Of a stretch of DNA of 64,000 nucleotides, positions 9,998 through 23,034 are shown piece after piece (within the stretch, counting starts at the first letter, position 1; each line of letters opens with the position of its first letter). The position numbers and the translations under genes were made by a program. Origin of the DNA: Monocercomonoides exilis PA203 (lineage: Eukaryota; Protista; Preaxostyla); the NCBI GenBank assembly GCA_001643675.2, contig LSRY02000012.1, positions 868,001-932,000 of the forward strand, given 5' to 3'. Under the pieces are notes generated by a model that worked only from the letters and a program-made list of their open reading frames with translations, ran no database searches and had not been told where the DNA came from.

Positions 9998-12695
9998 CTA
10001 ACTTTCTGGAGTTCTTTGTTCAACTGATAGGCCGGCTGCTGCGAGACTTGCTTCTCGTGCTTCGCGCATCTCTCTCAGTTTTCTTTCTTTCTTTTCCTTC
10101 TTCTCCTTCTTTCTTCGCTTTTTCTCTTCTGGATCTTCTTCGGTTTCTTCTGTATCTCCTTCACCTTCTTTCTTATTTTTCTTATCTTTCTTCTTCTTCT
10201 TCTTTCCGGTCACTTCTTCTCCATCGTTTCCACCCTCTTTTTGTCTTCCATCTTGAATATCTTCCTTCAGAGTTGAATCGGTTGTTGCATTTGTCGATTG
10301 TTGCTGTGATTGCATTTGAACCGCCTGCTCCTGAAACACTTCATCGCTATGTACTTGTGTATCCTCTCGTTGCGCTTGTGCTTGGCTTTGCTCCTGTGTT
10401 TGTATGTTGTTGCTTGCTTCATTGCCAGGTTGCTGTGCATTTTGCTGCTGATTTCGTTCTTCAATCTGGGTGAGTTTCCCATCAAAACGACTTTCCAGCC
10501 CAAATTCTGTCTTTTCATCGATGGACCTCACCACCTGCCTCAAGATGCCTGGAGCGCGCTCTTTCTCTTCTTCTCCCTCCTGCTGCTGCGCCTCTTGTGT
10601 TTGTTCCGGTTCGGTCACTTGATTGCTGCTTTGTAATTCTCTTTCAGCTGCCACATCAGCTTCTGCCTGCCTGTTTAATTCGTCTTCTTCCTGTTGTCGT
10701 TTCTCTTCCTCGCGATTTAATCGCTCCATTTTCTCCTTTTCTCCTTCTTCTTCTCCATCGTTTCCAAATGCCTCTCCTCCTCTGCCTTTTGTTCCTTTCG
10801 TTTTTCTGAAAGTTCTCTGTTTCGTAGAAGCATTTGGTGAAGTTGGTGAATTGGTGTTTTCTTTGCTCCTTCCCTTTGCACTCTTCCTTGTTTCCTCCAG
10901 CACCTCTTCTTCCTTTTCGTACTCTTCCATAACTTCTTGGATAAGCTCCTGTTCCCGCTGCTGCAACCACTGAATTCTTTTCCTTTCTTCTTCCTCCTTT
11001 TCTGTTAAAATCTTCATTGTTGTTTTCATTCGTTCATTTTCTTCTTTCTCCTTCTTTGCTTTTTCTTTTCTTTCTTTTTCTTTCTTTTCTCTCGCTTCTT
11101 TTTGTTTTCGTGCGATTTCTTCTCTTTTCAATCGCTGCATTCGCTCTTCTCTCATCACCTTTTCCCTCTCTCCCATTACTTTCTCTTCTCGCATCTGTTC
11201 AGCCAATCGACGACGCTGCTCTTCCAGGATTTCTTTTTGTCGCTAATAAATAAATAAATAAATAAATAATATTAAAATTTTATTCAGAAATAAACAAAAT
11301 AAAAGCAAAAATTAGTTAACAATCTCTTCAAACCAGTCTAAACTCTCTTTCTTTTCTGCGTTCATCTGCTCTCTTCTGCATTTCCACTTCTCTTGGATCC
11401 ATTTCTTCACCGTCTCCTTCAGCTTGATACTCCCGTTCCTTTACTTCTTCTTCTTCTTCCTTTGCATAGGTTCTTGTCTTCATTCTCTCTTCTCTTCTTT
11501 CCTCTTCAATTTCAGCCTCAATCTTATAGTATTTTCTTCTTTTTTTCGCTTCCTGTTTTTCTTCTTCAAGCCTTTGAATGTGAGCTTCCAAAACATCTGC
11601 ATCGGCAACCAAAGCTGCAAGCGTCTGGTGCCGCTCCTTCGTTTCTCTATGGAAACGCTCACTTTTTTCCTGTCTCTTCATCTCTCTCTTTTGAGCTTCC
11701 TCACGTTCTCGTCTCTTTTCTTCGTCCAGCCGTTTTTTCTCTTTTGCTAACTCTGCTGCTGTTAGAGGCTTCATGGGTGCTGCTCTGGAGCTGGTTGAAC
11801 TTTTCTTCTTTTTCTTCTTTATCGTATCCCCTTCATTAGATGCCTCTGGTGTTGCTTCATTTCCTGCAACTCCTGAACTTTCATTGAAATCAACTTCTCC
11901 TTCTTCTGGAATTGCTTCTTTTTTGACTTCTTCTCTCTTAAGTTCTCTCTCTTTTTCTGAATCATCTGAGTCTGATAGTTCAACATACTCGTGGGCTGAG
12001 AACCTATCAGAAGTTAACTCTGTACGATGCAAAAGAAACATTTGCTTTGGACGAGGCTTTGGCATAACTTGAGGTGTTTTACTTCGTTTTCTGGAAACCT
12101 TTGTCAATGAAGCACGAGAAACGGAACCTTCCCTTCCGGCTCTAGACATTTGAGAATGTGATTGTGATGACATGGAGCGAAATGATTTTTGTGATTGTGT
12201 GGGCGAGCCTGGGGGAACATTTGAGTTCTCTTGAATATGTTCTTCTTCTGGCTCTGGCTTTGGTTGATAGTACTCTTCAACAGAAGGCGCATCGTCAGGT
12301 GGTTGGGGTGGATATTCTTGTTGGATGTTTTGTTGCTCTTCATGAACTTGTTCTATGTGCTGATTATCAGATTCATGTTGCAAAGGGCTTTGCTCATTTT
12401 CGTTCGTTGTAGTTAAAAAAACTAAATTTTCATCGTTTAAAAATATTGACGGAAATAAAGAATAGAATTATCTTTTTAATCAATGTTACGCAAAAATATG
12501 CACACCTGATGTTTCATCTGAATTATTTGAAATTGGTGCAACGTCTCTTTCTTGCTTTTCAACATTTTCATCGGAATAGCCCTAATTCAAATGAATGAAA
12601 ATCATATTTCGCTTTTTTGAAAGTACTTTATAAAAATATCAAACAAATGCGCTTGTTTGTTCTTCATGTGCCTCAGAAACCTCTGGATTTTCCAT
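9998..12695 (-). CDS. Highly charged E/K/R-rich coiled-coil protein of unknown function (4 exons)
   Basis: ORFs 11328..12383 and 9998..11206 join in frame via GT-AG intron 11243-11333. Two small upstream exons lead back to an ATG at 12695 (MENPEVSEAHEE). Confidence 0.75.
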
Positions 12696-12862
12696 GAGAT
12701 TATGAAAACGGTTTTCTTTCAAATATGGGTTTATTATCCCCATATTAAAACAAAATTCAGTAAAAGAGTCATTGTTAAAGAATATAAAAACTTCAGAAAA
12801 GCGCATACGAAAAAATGAATCTAAAATAGAAAATAAAAAGAATGGAATAACTGCATGAAGTT

Positions 12863-15143
12863 TCAACTTGACAACTTTATTGAAGCAGAGTATTTCTTAA
12901 CTTTTGATCTCTTTCGAAGGCAAAACACAATAACAAATACGAATGAAAGAAGAGAAAGAAGACAAAGAATTGCCATAATGAGGGTAACTGTTGGGTTTGC
13001 AACGTCAACTGTCTCGACAGGAAATCCACAGAAGTTGTAAAACCAATCATCATCAGAAAGATTTGAAGTGCCTGAAGAAGCAGAAGGACTCTCTATGAAG
13101 CTATTAAATAGATACAGCTGATCAGAATCTGACGTGTTTGCCTTTACCGAAGAGGCGCGCCGTTGCACGTTGAATGAAGAAGAGTCTGAAAGAAGATGGG
13201 AGAAAGTCGATTTGAACGATGAAACGGGGCAGAATGGTGACTCTTCAGAAGGAGCAGAGCAACCCTTGATGTGCAGCCGAGTAAGATTCAGGTCTTTGCC
13301 CATGATTGGATTCAGATCATATTTGATTGAGAAGGAGTTGCCTGTGATTGATAATGAATAAAGACAGAGAAAAAAAGATAATGATAAATAAATTAATGAA
13401 TGAATGAATGAAGAGAGAATTGGGTTGTAGAATTGCAAAGGAACAAGAAATTGCATTGAAACATATTTTTTTTTTTTGATTTAAAAAAATATTTTAATTT
13501 TTTATTCTTCAAAACTCTAAGTTACATACCATCATTCGCCTTCTCTCCATTCTTTGCCTGGTCAGCCACCTCGATGATGACAACTGCATTCCACCCTTCA
13601 TACACTGTGTTCTCATTCACCACAGATGAAGGGTCGTTAGCAAGACAGCCCAGCAAATTGATGAGAAGTTTTGAGTGGGTCGTAAAGAGGGTGAATGCTG
13701 GACTAGTGTCAGAAGATGGCTGCTGGAGCAAAAACGCCAACTTAAAAAAAAAAATAAATAAATAAATAAATGAAAGGAAATTTCAGAAGATGCAATTAAT
13801 CAGAACGAAATAGACAGAAATGACAAAGTTATTTAAAAAAATATTTATTTAAAAATGATGATAAAATAATAAATATAATGAAATTAGCCATTGTGATAAT
13901 AACAGTAAACGATAAAATAAACAAAATTTCATGGGGGAAAAAAACAGAGATGATAATGAAATGCGGAATTGAAACCTGACGGATCATGAGCCCAATGCTT
14001 GCATCGCAAAAGTCTTTGTCTCCCACCAAGTGATATGAACGTTTCACTGCGCAAAAAAAACAAACAGAACAAAGAGAGCAATTATCAACGTGAAAAATGT
14101 TTATTGAATCGTTTTATGCATAATATGAAATTTGAATAAAGAAATAAAGTCAAACAGTGTTTATACATCGCTTCATAATTGTTGTATTGCTCATCTGTCA
14201 TTCCATTTGGAAGTTTTTTCCTATGAAAAATGTTTGAGATTATTTTTAAAAAGAAAATTACAGAAAAAAGATTTTGATAGATAAAAATTTTATTTGTATT
14301 CTGATTTTAAAAAAAGACAAACCCCAATCTTTTTATCACAGATAGTGCCTCGAATGCACCTAAAATTGTTTCAGGATCGTTAAGGCAGTTTAACTGTTGT
14401 GAAAAAGTTTTGAGTATGTCTTTATGTTCATCCAAATAGTCATTCATTGACTGTGAATGAAGACTTCGATAAATCTGCCTTGTGGAAGAAGAACTTTCCA
14501 AAATAATTATAAAAATGTCAAATTAAACTTCATTAAAAATCTCAATAAATAAATTTTCGTTTAAAACCATCTGGTATCTGATTCAAAAAGATATTCATTA
14601 TCCTTCATCACAGAATCAATTGGCACTGGTTGAACGCCTTTCGAAAATAAAAACTCCTCTTCATTATCCGGATCTTTGGGTCCTTTTCCAGGTGGAAATA
14701 GTCCATCGCATGTTGCTAAAGCTGTAATTTTTGCTCGTTCAGCATAAGTTGCATAAAAATGAAACTTATAGTCTTCAAATTTCTCAGGAATTCCGTATTT
14801 CCCCAAATACATTTCTGAGAGTTTATTTCCAATGTGTTTTGACATTTCTATTCCGTTTTCCGTAACTTTTCCAAGAGAGGGGAATTGTTCAGCTTCCTAA
14901 TTGAAGTTAATAAATGAATATTATTTATAAAAAAATAAAGCGCATATGCACCTCAAAATTGAAAAGAGGAGTGTGTTCGGCTTTATTAAAATAATATAAC
15001 GTTCATCGCAAGAAGTTCAAATAATAAAAATTATTTGTAAAATAACTAAAACATAGCAAACCTGTGTATTGAAGCACGATTGTTGAAATAACATCACAAT
15101 TAAAGCTTCCCAACAATAAAATTGAAAATACAATGCATTGCAT
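12863..15143 (-). CDS. Type I membrane histidine acid phosphatase-family protein, probably catalytically inactive (multi-exon)
   Basis: Signal peptide MQCIVFSILLLGS. GKVTENGIEMSKHIGNKLSEMY and ATYAERAKITALATCDGLFP match HAP branch-2 motifs. C-terminal TM plus short basic tail. RHGxRxP reads YTAEHTP and HD reads HS. Confidence 0.75.
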
Positions 15144-15709
15144 TTTCCTTCAAAACAAGAAAAGAAAATAATTATTGATCTGAAATTAATATAAAATTTT
15201 TTAAATTCATTTTGATCGTATTATTCCTTGTTTCATTGAAAGATAAAAAAATTTTTTTTGAAGTCGAACAGTGTTTATGTGTGGAGAGGTGAAAGTCAAT
15301 CGCGATAGAAGTCAAAAGAAATTAAAATAAAGTTTGTTGGAATTGTATTTGAAATTTGATTTGTTTAGTCACTCACGCCCTATTTACCGAGCAAATGAAT
15401 TGACCAAAAATTGATGTTTCATTTGCTTTTGATTTGTGGCGGAGATATCTTTATTTATTTTCTTGTGATGTAACTTTTTGATTTTTATTGAAATTCATTG
15501 TTAGTTTAGTTTAATTTGAAATATATATGTATTTTATGATTTAAATGTCATTTCAATATAAAAGAATACACAAATTAACCAAATGAATGTTTTTGATAAT
15601 AATAGTATCAATTTTTTAAAATATAATAGAAAATAATTGTTAATAAATTTGAATAGTATATTTTAAAACCAATAAATTATTCTTTTAAAAACATAAAAAC
15701 AAAAAATTT

Positions 15710-15782
15710 CCTCGATGCCGGGAATCGAACCCGGGTCTCAGGAGTGAAAATCCTAAATCCTAACCGACTAGACTACATCGAG
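15710..15782 (-). tRNA. tRNA-Glu(TTC)
   Basis: Cloverleaf: CTCGATG/CATCGAG acceptor stem, TAGGA-TTTTCAC-TCCTG anticodon arm, CCGGG-TTCGATT-CCCGG T arm. T-run downstream. Confidence 0.95.
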
Positions 15783-16889
15783 TTAGAAAACAGGTTTTCT
15801 TGTATTATTTAGGACAATTAGAATTAATTCTTTTTCTTGAGCAATCAAAAATTTCTGAGTTGAAATTATTTTTTCGTTGTGAAATTTTTTGACCTGTTTT
15901 AATTTTTTTTTTTAAAAAATTCCTTTTATTTTATTTTCATATGGGGGAAAATACGAACTTTCAAGCTTTTTATGCACAAAGCATGAAAAATTTGCTTCTC
16001 TTATAACTTTAATAAACTTTCTCGGATTTCAAAATAAATTAGATTTTCATATCCGTTTACAGACACAGTTGAAATTAAAACACAAAGTGTTGAAACATTT
16101 CACGAATGTCAAAAAATGGACCCATTTTTATTGTGTTTTTGATCTCAAAAAGTCAATGAAAAGTGCAAATTTTTTCAATGAAAATGCCTGAAGTTAAATA
16201 TTATGTCACATATTAAGAATATTTTTCATATTTTGATGAATTTTCTGTTCTCACATACCAAATTTCATTGTTATGAAAACAAAAATTTGACAATGTTTTA
16301 ATATCCATTTTAGAAAAGTTTCGTGAGTGGAAACGAAAATTTGATCGAAATATGAAACTTTTTCTTTATATGAAAATAAAATAAAAGGAACTTTTCATAA
16401 AAATTTGGACACCTTGTTTAGATAATTGGAACAAAAAATTTTTGAGAGAATCTTTGACTTTCAATAAATGTCCATGTTATTTGAATATTTAAAATTATAT
16501 TGTCCACAATTTATTCTTTTTTTTTTTTCGAGACAAATATTAATTAAAAAAAAAAAAAAAAAATAATTATGAAAGAAAGAAAATTATTCTTTTGAGCAAC
16601 TGATAACTTATTGCAGTCGACAAATTTTGCCTTTTATAACGTTTTTTGTGAATTGAAGTTAATAATGTGATAAATAAAAAGTTATCAGCTCCGAAATTTT
16701 GAGCTATCTTTTGTTTTCAGAAAAACAAAATTTTTTCAAATAATTCACATAATGAATGATTTTTTGTTTTTTATTATTTGAAATTTCAAAAAATATAAAA
16801 TATTTACAAATGGAATGATAAAAAATTTTGATAAAAAAATAAATATTTCTTAAAGAAAGTTACATACAAAAAAGATTATATCAAAATTG

Positions 16890-17743
16890 TTAATCATCCT
16901 CAAAAGATGACGCATCACCTCCATCTCCAGCTTTTAATGTATCTATATCATTCTCCAAACTATCTTCAAATTCAAATTTTGGAACACCGTCATCACTTCT
17001 ATTTTGATGTTCAAAATTTTCATCTTCTTTTCCTATTAAACTCATCAAAAAAGCATCAATTAATTGAGCAATGACTCATGTTCGAAGGAAACTTTTTTCA
17101 AGCAAACTTTAAGTTCATACAATCAAATTTGTAAAAGTTCCAGTGAGAGGATCAATATAGTTGTATTTGTGACATACAATCAAATTCTTTTATCCCAATG
17201 TCTTATGACTCTGATATGCTTTCGTTTCATCAAAGAAGATCATCGTTCATTCAATTTCATTTGTCTGGATTATCAAAATTGATGTGCTTTTCTTTCTTCT
17301 TGGCCCTCACAGAAGAAATAATTATCCTTTCTTTCCTTCGACGTTCCCTTCAATCATGCTAAATATCCAAATTTGTGCTTTTATCTTTCCCATGTGATAT
17401 TTTCTTTTCCTAAATATGGCTTCGTCAATCTCCACAATTATTTCTTCACCGCCAAGCTTTTGAAATTTTGTCTCAGAATACGAAGTTAAACTTGCACGAG
17501 CAATTGAATAATAATAACTGACAGATATCCTGTCTTCATTTGTTCATTAACAAGCTTGATAAATGCTTAGGGTCAGCTTTTTAATGGGACTTTTTCCTTA
17601 ATTGGCACTTTTTTTGTTTTTGCATGCAAAATGTCGAGAAATGAGAAGTAGTTTTCAGTACTTCAAAAAATCTTTTTAACTAATTTTTCACAATTTATTT
17701 GCTGTTTTCTTTTTTATTTTTGTTTTTTACACATCGAGAAAAT

Positions 17744-17791
<48 letters not shown>

Positions 17792-18892
17792 TTTGTTTGT
17801 TAAATTTAATAGTACTTTTACCAGCCAACTAGGCAACGTCCAAGAAATTGGATACATGTTTTGAATAGCAAATACTATTATCTAACTACTTTTAAATTCT
17901 TTTTTTTCATAAATACTTTTTTCTTGTTTTTTTCACATTTCATTTTTTTAACAACATTCTAACATAAAACCGATTATTTCTTTGTTCATATAATGAAATG
18001 AAAAAAATAAAAATTCGATATGAAAAACAAATTCTTTAATAATGAAGTGTTGAAAACATAAAACATTCTCATTTTCTATTTGTCTCTAACAGACAAATGG
18101 TACCAACTGTTTATGATCTTCGATCAAGTTTTTGTAACAAAGAAAAGTTCTTGATTAATAGAAAAAAATAATGTTTTGTTTTTACAACACTTCATTATTA
18201 AAGAATTTGTTTTTCATATCATATTTTTTTTTTTTCATTTCATTATATTAATAAAGAAATAATCAGTTTTATGTTATCATGTTGATGAAAATTTGAAATG
18301 CAAAAAAACAAGAAAAAAATGTTTGTGAAAAAAAGATTTTTAAGATTAATAGTTCGAAGCAAATGCAATATAAAACATGTCCCCAATTTCTTTTGAGTTG
18401 TCAGGTTGGCTAGAAAAAGTATTATTAAATTATACAAAAAAACGAAATTTCTCGATGTGTAATAAACGAAAATAAAAATGAAAACAGTAAATAAATAGAA
18501 TAAAACAAGTTTAAAAGGATTTTTTAAATGCTGAAAACTACTACTCATTTCTCAACATTTTGCAAGCAAAAACAAAAAGAGTGCCAATTAAGGAAAAAGT
18601 CCCATTAAAAAGCTGACACTATTCCAATATGAAAAAATAAAAGAATTTGTATTATGATCCTAAGATCCAAATGATTTTTGTTAAATGCTTTTTCAGATAA
18701 CACAAAAATGATTTTGAAACATTATCTGCGCTTCCATCTTCTCCTGTGATCAATTTTCTCAACATTCATGATTGTTCTGCATTTTGAACAAAATATTGGA
18801 TGAAACACAGGCGAATCCTTTATTAATCAATTCCATGTTTTTTTGTGGTCTCTTGTTATATTCATTTTAACAAATATTTCATCATTCATATC
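16890..18892 (-). mobile_element. Merlin (IS1016/ISXO2-like) DDE transposase relic, interrupted by a foldback insertion
   Basis: N-terminal CSKCRTIM..W zinc-ribbon remnant (18620-18820). KLGGEEIIVEIDEAIFRKRKYHMGK..WIFSMIE and FDETKAY..VCHKYNYIDPLTGTFTNLI (17090-17460). Multiple stops. Confidence 0.85.
17570..18619. mobile_element. Non-autonomous foldback element (~500-bp imperfect arms, ~100-bp loop), TA target duplication
   Basis: Ends G(G/T)GTCAGCTTTTTAATGGGACTTTTTCCTTAATTGGCAC are inverted and arm homology continues to 18067/18171. TA on both sides; removal restores the Merlin frame. Confidence 0.9.
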
Positions 18893-19999
18893 ATTTGTCT
18901 TTTTCGAATTGTTTTTTAAAAAAAAATTGTTTTTAATAAATTATTGAAAGAGATATAACTGTATTTTAATAAATTATCTATTGTATTTCATCCAATTTTT
19001 TCATAAATATATCATTGCCAATTAAATTGGGTGATTATTTTTGATAGCATATTATTTGTTTCAAAAATTTTGATAAGAAAATTTCATTTCAATATTAACA
19101 AAAGAATAGTGAAAAATGAAAAAGTTTATCAAAGGCAATAACATCCTTATTTGTGTTTAACGTTTGTTAATGAATAAAGCATATGAATACAAAAGAATTT
19201 CCAAAAAGCAAATGATCATTGAACAAACAACGCACTGAAATATGTTATGATTTCAAGAATAATCATCCATGAATATTATTTTGATTAGATTTTTATTCAA
19301 AAAAGACAATTCAGACTTTCAAAATATTCGACCATGGATGAATTATACACACATTTCAGACCAGTTATGTGTAAATGACTTGGGACTTATTAAAAACTTT
19401 TGAATAAAAACGATTGGCTATCACATTTAGAATTTGAAATTTTGTTTGAAAATTTTGTTCATTTCATATTCTTGTTCTAGCAATAAAAATATCATTTCTG
19501 TTGATCTTTTTTCTTTCTTTTTCTTTTTTTCTTTCTTTCTTTCTTTCTTTCTTTCATCATCTTCTTCTCTTTCTTTTCTTTTCTTTTTTTTCGGTAAGTG
19601 GATAATATTAAGAGGAAATTTATTCTCTTTTGAAAAATATGATTTTGCAAAATTATTTTGTGAACTGCATGTCAAAAGAACGAGAATAATTGATTCTTTG
19701 ATAAATCATAAAATTCTAAAATTAGTTCATTTTTTTTAATTTTCATTTTCACCAGAAAACAACACATAAGGAACTTTTAACGAATAATTTAGAAAATAAA
19801 ATTCAATAATTTGAAAAATAACACGGAACAATAATTTGGAGACGTTAAACTTTCGTTAGAATTCCGAAACGCTGGTTCTTTGTACGAAAAAGCAATTGCG
19901 GATTTTCACAATCTGTCCAAAAAAATGAAGATCATCTGTCAAAATTAAAAAAAAAAAAGATATTCCCACAATCTCCAGATGATATTACAAAAAAAATTC

Positions 20000-21500
20000 A
20001 ATGAAAGCAATTTCCTTTCTGGATGCGGGAACAGCAAACAAAAGGACATTATTGAGCAGCCAAGTTCCAAATATATCAGAATACAGAGTTGAATTCATCG
20101 AAACGCATTTTTCACATCCTTTGGAAGAAATGATGTATTAAAATATTAGAATGAGAGAAGCTTTGAAAGAAAAGGAAGACAGAGAAAAAAAAATTGAACA
20201 ATTCAGGCAGAAGGATACTGAGGTGGAAGGAAAATGCAAAAGTCCATTCGCTCCAGCAACTATCAAAAAAAGAAAAAAACTTACAGATTTATACAGAATT
20301 GTGTGAAAGAAGCAAGTCCGAAAGCTGGTATGCGAATGAATGGACACTCACAAACACCACCACCAGCAGATATTTTCAAAAGCTGCAGATTGGTATAAAT
20401 ATTATTCACAATGAAAAACAAAAATGAAGAAAAAAAAAAGTGAACAATGATCGATATAAGAATCTTATGAGAGAAAAAATGAAGCAAAATCCATTAACCA
20501 CACTTCAAACAATACCACACGAGCTTTCTAAAACTGGATTGCATATTTCAAAATCCACTGACACAATATGCTTCATGAAAATAACAATGATTCAGATTTA
20601 TTCCCGAAATTTTCTTTCAAGAGAATTTCTATTAGGCCAGCATACGCAAACACCGATGAATATAAGAAACAAAGAATTCATTTCATTGAAAAATTATTTC
20701 TATTCGATAAAGATTGTGCGAAAATTTTCAACGTCGATGAGATATCATGGAACGTCAATTGCATTAGGAAATACGGATGGGGAGAAAGAGGAAAAAAAGT
20801 ATTGGTTCCTCCACCTCCACTATTTCAATCTATTACAGCTATCACATCAATATCCATGTTAGGAATGGGATGCCCACAAGTGATTAGAGGAACAGTCAAC
20901 CATGAAGTGTTTGAAGCCTATTAAAAGCGTTTTCCATTATCCATTATATATTACATATCGTTAATGATCGTAATGGACAATGCAACAATCCATCATATTT
21001 ACACGGACAGTCTTATAAAAGAATCGGAAATGTCGTGTTATTCAACGCTGCATATTCTCCAATTTTGAACCCAATCGAGAATTTATTTGGAATCTGGAAG
21101 GCAAAGTGGAATCAAATACGTTGAAGTGGGAAGAAAAGACGCACTTTTTCGCTGATATGGAAAAAAACCTTTGAAGAAATTTTTGCCAGAAAAGTCAGAA
21201 AAACAATCATGGATATCGAAACAAACATATGGGTAATTATTTATGAAAAGTCGCAAACGTTTAATTTTCTGATCAATTAAAAATTTCATATCTTGATCAA
21301 ATTTCGGTTCCCGCTCACGTTTCTTTACCAAAGAGGAGGATATAATTTGACAATGCCATTATACACATTCCTGTGAAGTTGCATGAGCGGGAACCGAAAT
21401 TTGATCAAGATATGATATTTTTAATTTATCAGAAAATTAAACGTTTGCGACTTTTCATAAATAATTACCCATATGGCTGCAGGTCATATCCTTGAAGGAT
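20000..21500 (+). mobile_element. IS630/Tc1/mariner-like (DDE_3) transposase relic
   Basis: HTH-like NPLTTLQTIPHELSKTGLHISKST, then FNVDE, IVMDNATIH and YSPILNPIENLFGIWK (second D to E about 33-34 codons, across a frameshift). Stops and frameshifts. Boundaries approximate. Confidence 0.85.
21231..21470. mobile_element. 240-bp MITE, copy 1 (87-bp TIRs, GGG...CCC, ATAT duplication)
   Basis: TIRs 21231-21317 and 21384-21470, with ATAT on both sides. Inserted in the 3' end of the Tc1-like relic. Confidence 0.92.
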
Positions 21501-22642
21501 TTGAAAAGAAAGTTTTCACTTTTAATTTTTACTCCTCATTTCATAAGTTTATTTTTGTTTCAAACGAAACATTCGCTTTCTAATTACAATGTTTTTTTTG
21601 AAACAAAAACAAAGTTGAAAAACATTTGTGTAACTTATTTATTCATTTGTTCGTTCATTATATTTTGGGCACTTCTATTTACAAAACAAAAAAAAATTTT
21701 AAACAGAATATCTTTTTTGTTTTTTTTTTAGAAAAAAATTAAATCACATTATTCAAGTTTTACAAATTCTATTGAATGAGGTGATCATTGAAATGAATAC
21801 AATACCTTAAAAAAACAACGATAAACAATACATCAACAACTATTCTTTAAACATTCTTGATTTAAAGCAAATAAGTCGTTGTGACGTGAATCAAAAAAAT
21901 AATGTTGACAAATTTTAAAAACAAAAAAAAAAACTTTTCATCATGTGAAGCAAAAAAATAAAAGCACATTATCAAATTCTTTCACTTGTTTGTTTGACAA
22001 AGAGATATTCACAAAAAAACACTTTGCTTTTGAAACAATAACTATTTGCTAAGCAATTCATTATCAAAATGAAAACAAATAAAAAGACAATGTTAAAATG
22101 CTAAAACAACAAACCCTTGTATCTTTTTTGCTTCAGAGTTTATTTACTCAATGAAAATTCACAAATTAATGTAAAGAAAAAGTTACCACAAGCGATGTGG
22201 GAAATATTTTTTATTATGTTTTTGAGGGATGATCCACATTTTTTTTGGACAGATCAACTGTTTATGGACAGACTGCATAAATTATTTTGCCATAATTTCG
22301 ATCGTGTTTTTCAAAATTCATTTCATGGCACAAACACAAAATTCGATCTTCTTCGAAAATCTCTCCATGCAAAATTGAAGGCAGCTTTTATTTCAAATAT
22401 CATAATACGGTTCAATTTTTTTTATCATCAGGAATATCAAATCAATTAATAACTAGCTTTTCTCATTCAATGCAGATGATTAGAATGCTGATTTTTGTTT
22501 TGAACAAAAATGAATAGTTCCAGACGAAGGAAAACAATTTCCCTCTAACCTATAATAATCTTCAAATAATCATAGGGTGCTTATTTTATCTTGACCTCAA
22601 TTTTTCATCTCAACCTTTTTTTTTTTTTTTTTTTTGAAACTT

Positions 22643-22882
22643 GTGTAATTATTTATGAAAAGTCGCAAACGTTTAATTTTCTGATAAATTAAAAATTTCA
22701 TATCTTGATCAAATTTCGGTTCCCGCTCATGCAACTTCACAGGAATGTGTATAATGGCATTGTCAAATTATATCCTCCTCTTTGGTAAAGAAACGTGAGC
22801 GGGAACCGAAATTTGATCAAGATATGAAATTTTTAATTGATCAGAAAATTAAACGTTTGCGACTTTTCATAAATAATTACCC
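22643..22882. mobile_element. 240-bp MITE, copy 2 (opposite orientation, ACTT duplication)
   Basis: Near-identical reverse complement of 21231-21470, with ACTT at 22639-22642 and 22883-22886. Confidence 0.92.
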
Positions 22883-23034
22883 ACTTTTTGAAGCTTTTTT
22901 GATTTATGAAAAGGCAAAAAACAAAACAAAATTAATAGACTTCTTGATGTTTTTGTTTTTCAGAATTCTGTTGAAAAAATTTTGAAATTTTTATATTGTA
23001 AAAATTATTTATATTTTTTATTATTTTTGGACCA

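Noticed and set aside
16596-16693. 14-bp imperfect inverted repeat (GCAACTGATAACTT / AAGTTATCAGCTCC), possible mini-Merlin
   Set aside because: Short, no clean target duplication, and it does not bracket the transposase.
19700-22600. Possible Fanzor/TnpB cargo beside the IS630/Tc1-like relic
   Set aside because: No RuvC or zinc-finger motif set could be recognised in the flanking sequence.
21083-22985. Twin ORFs MVKKREREPKFDQ...
   Set aside because: Chance frames through the two MITE copies, with non-ATG starts.
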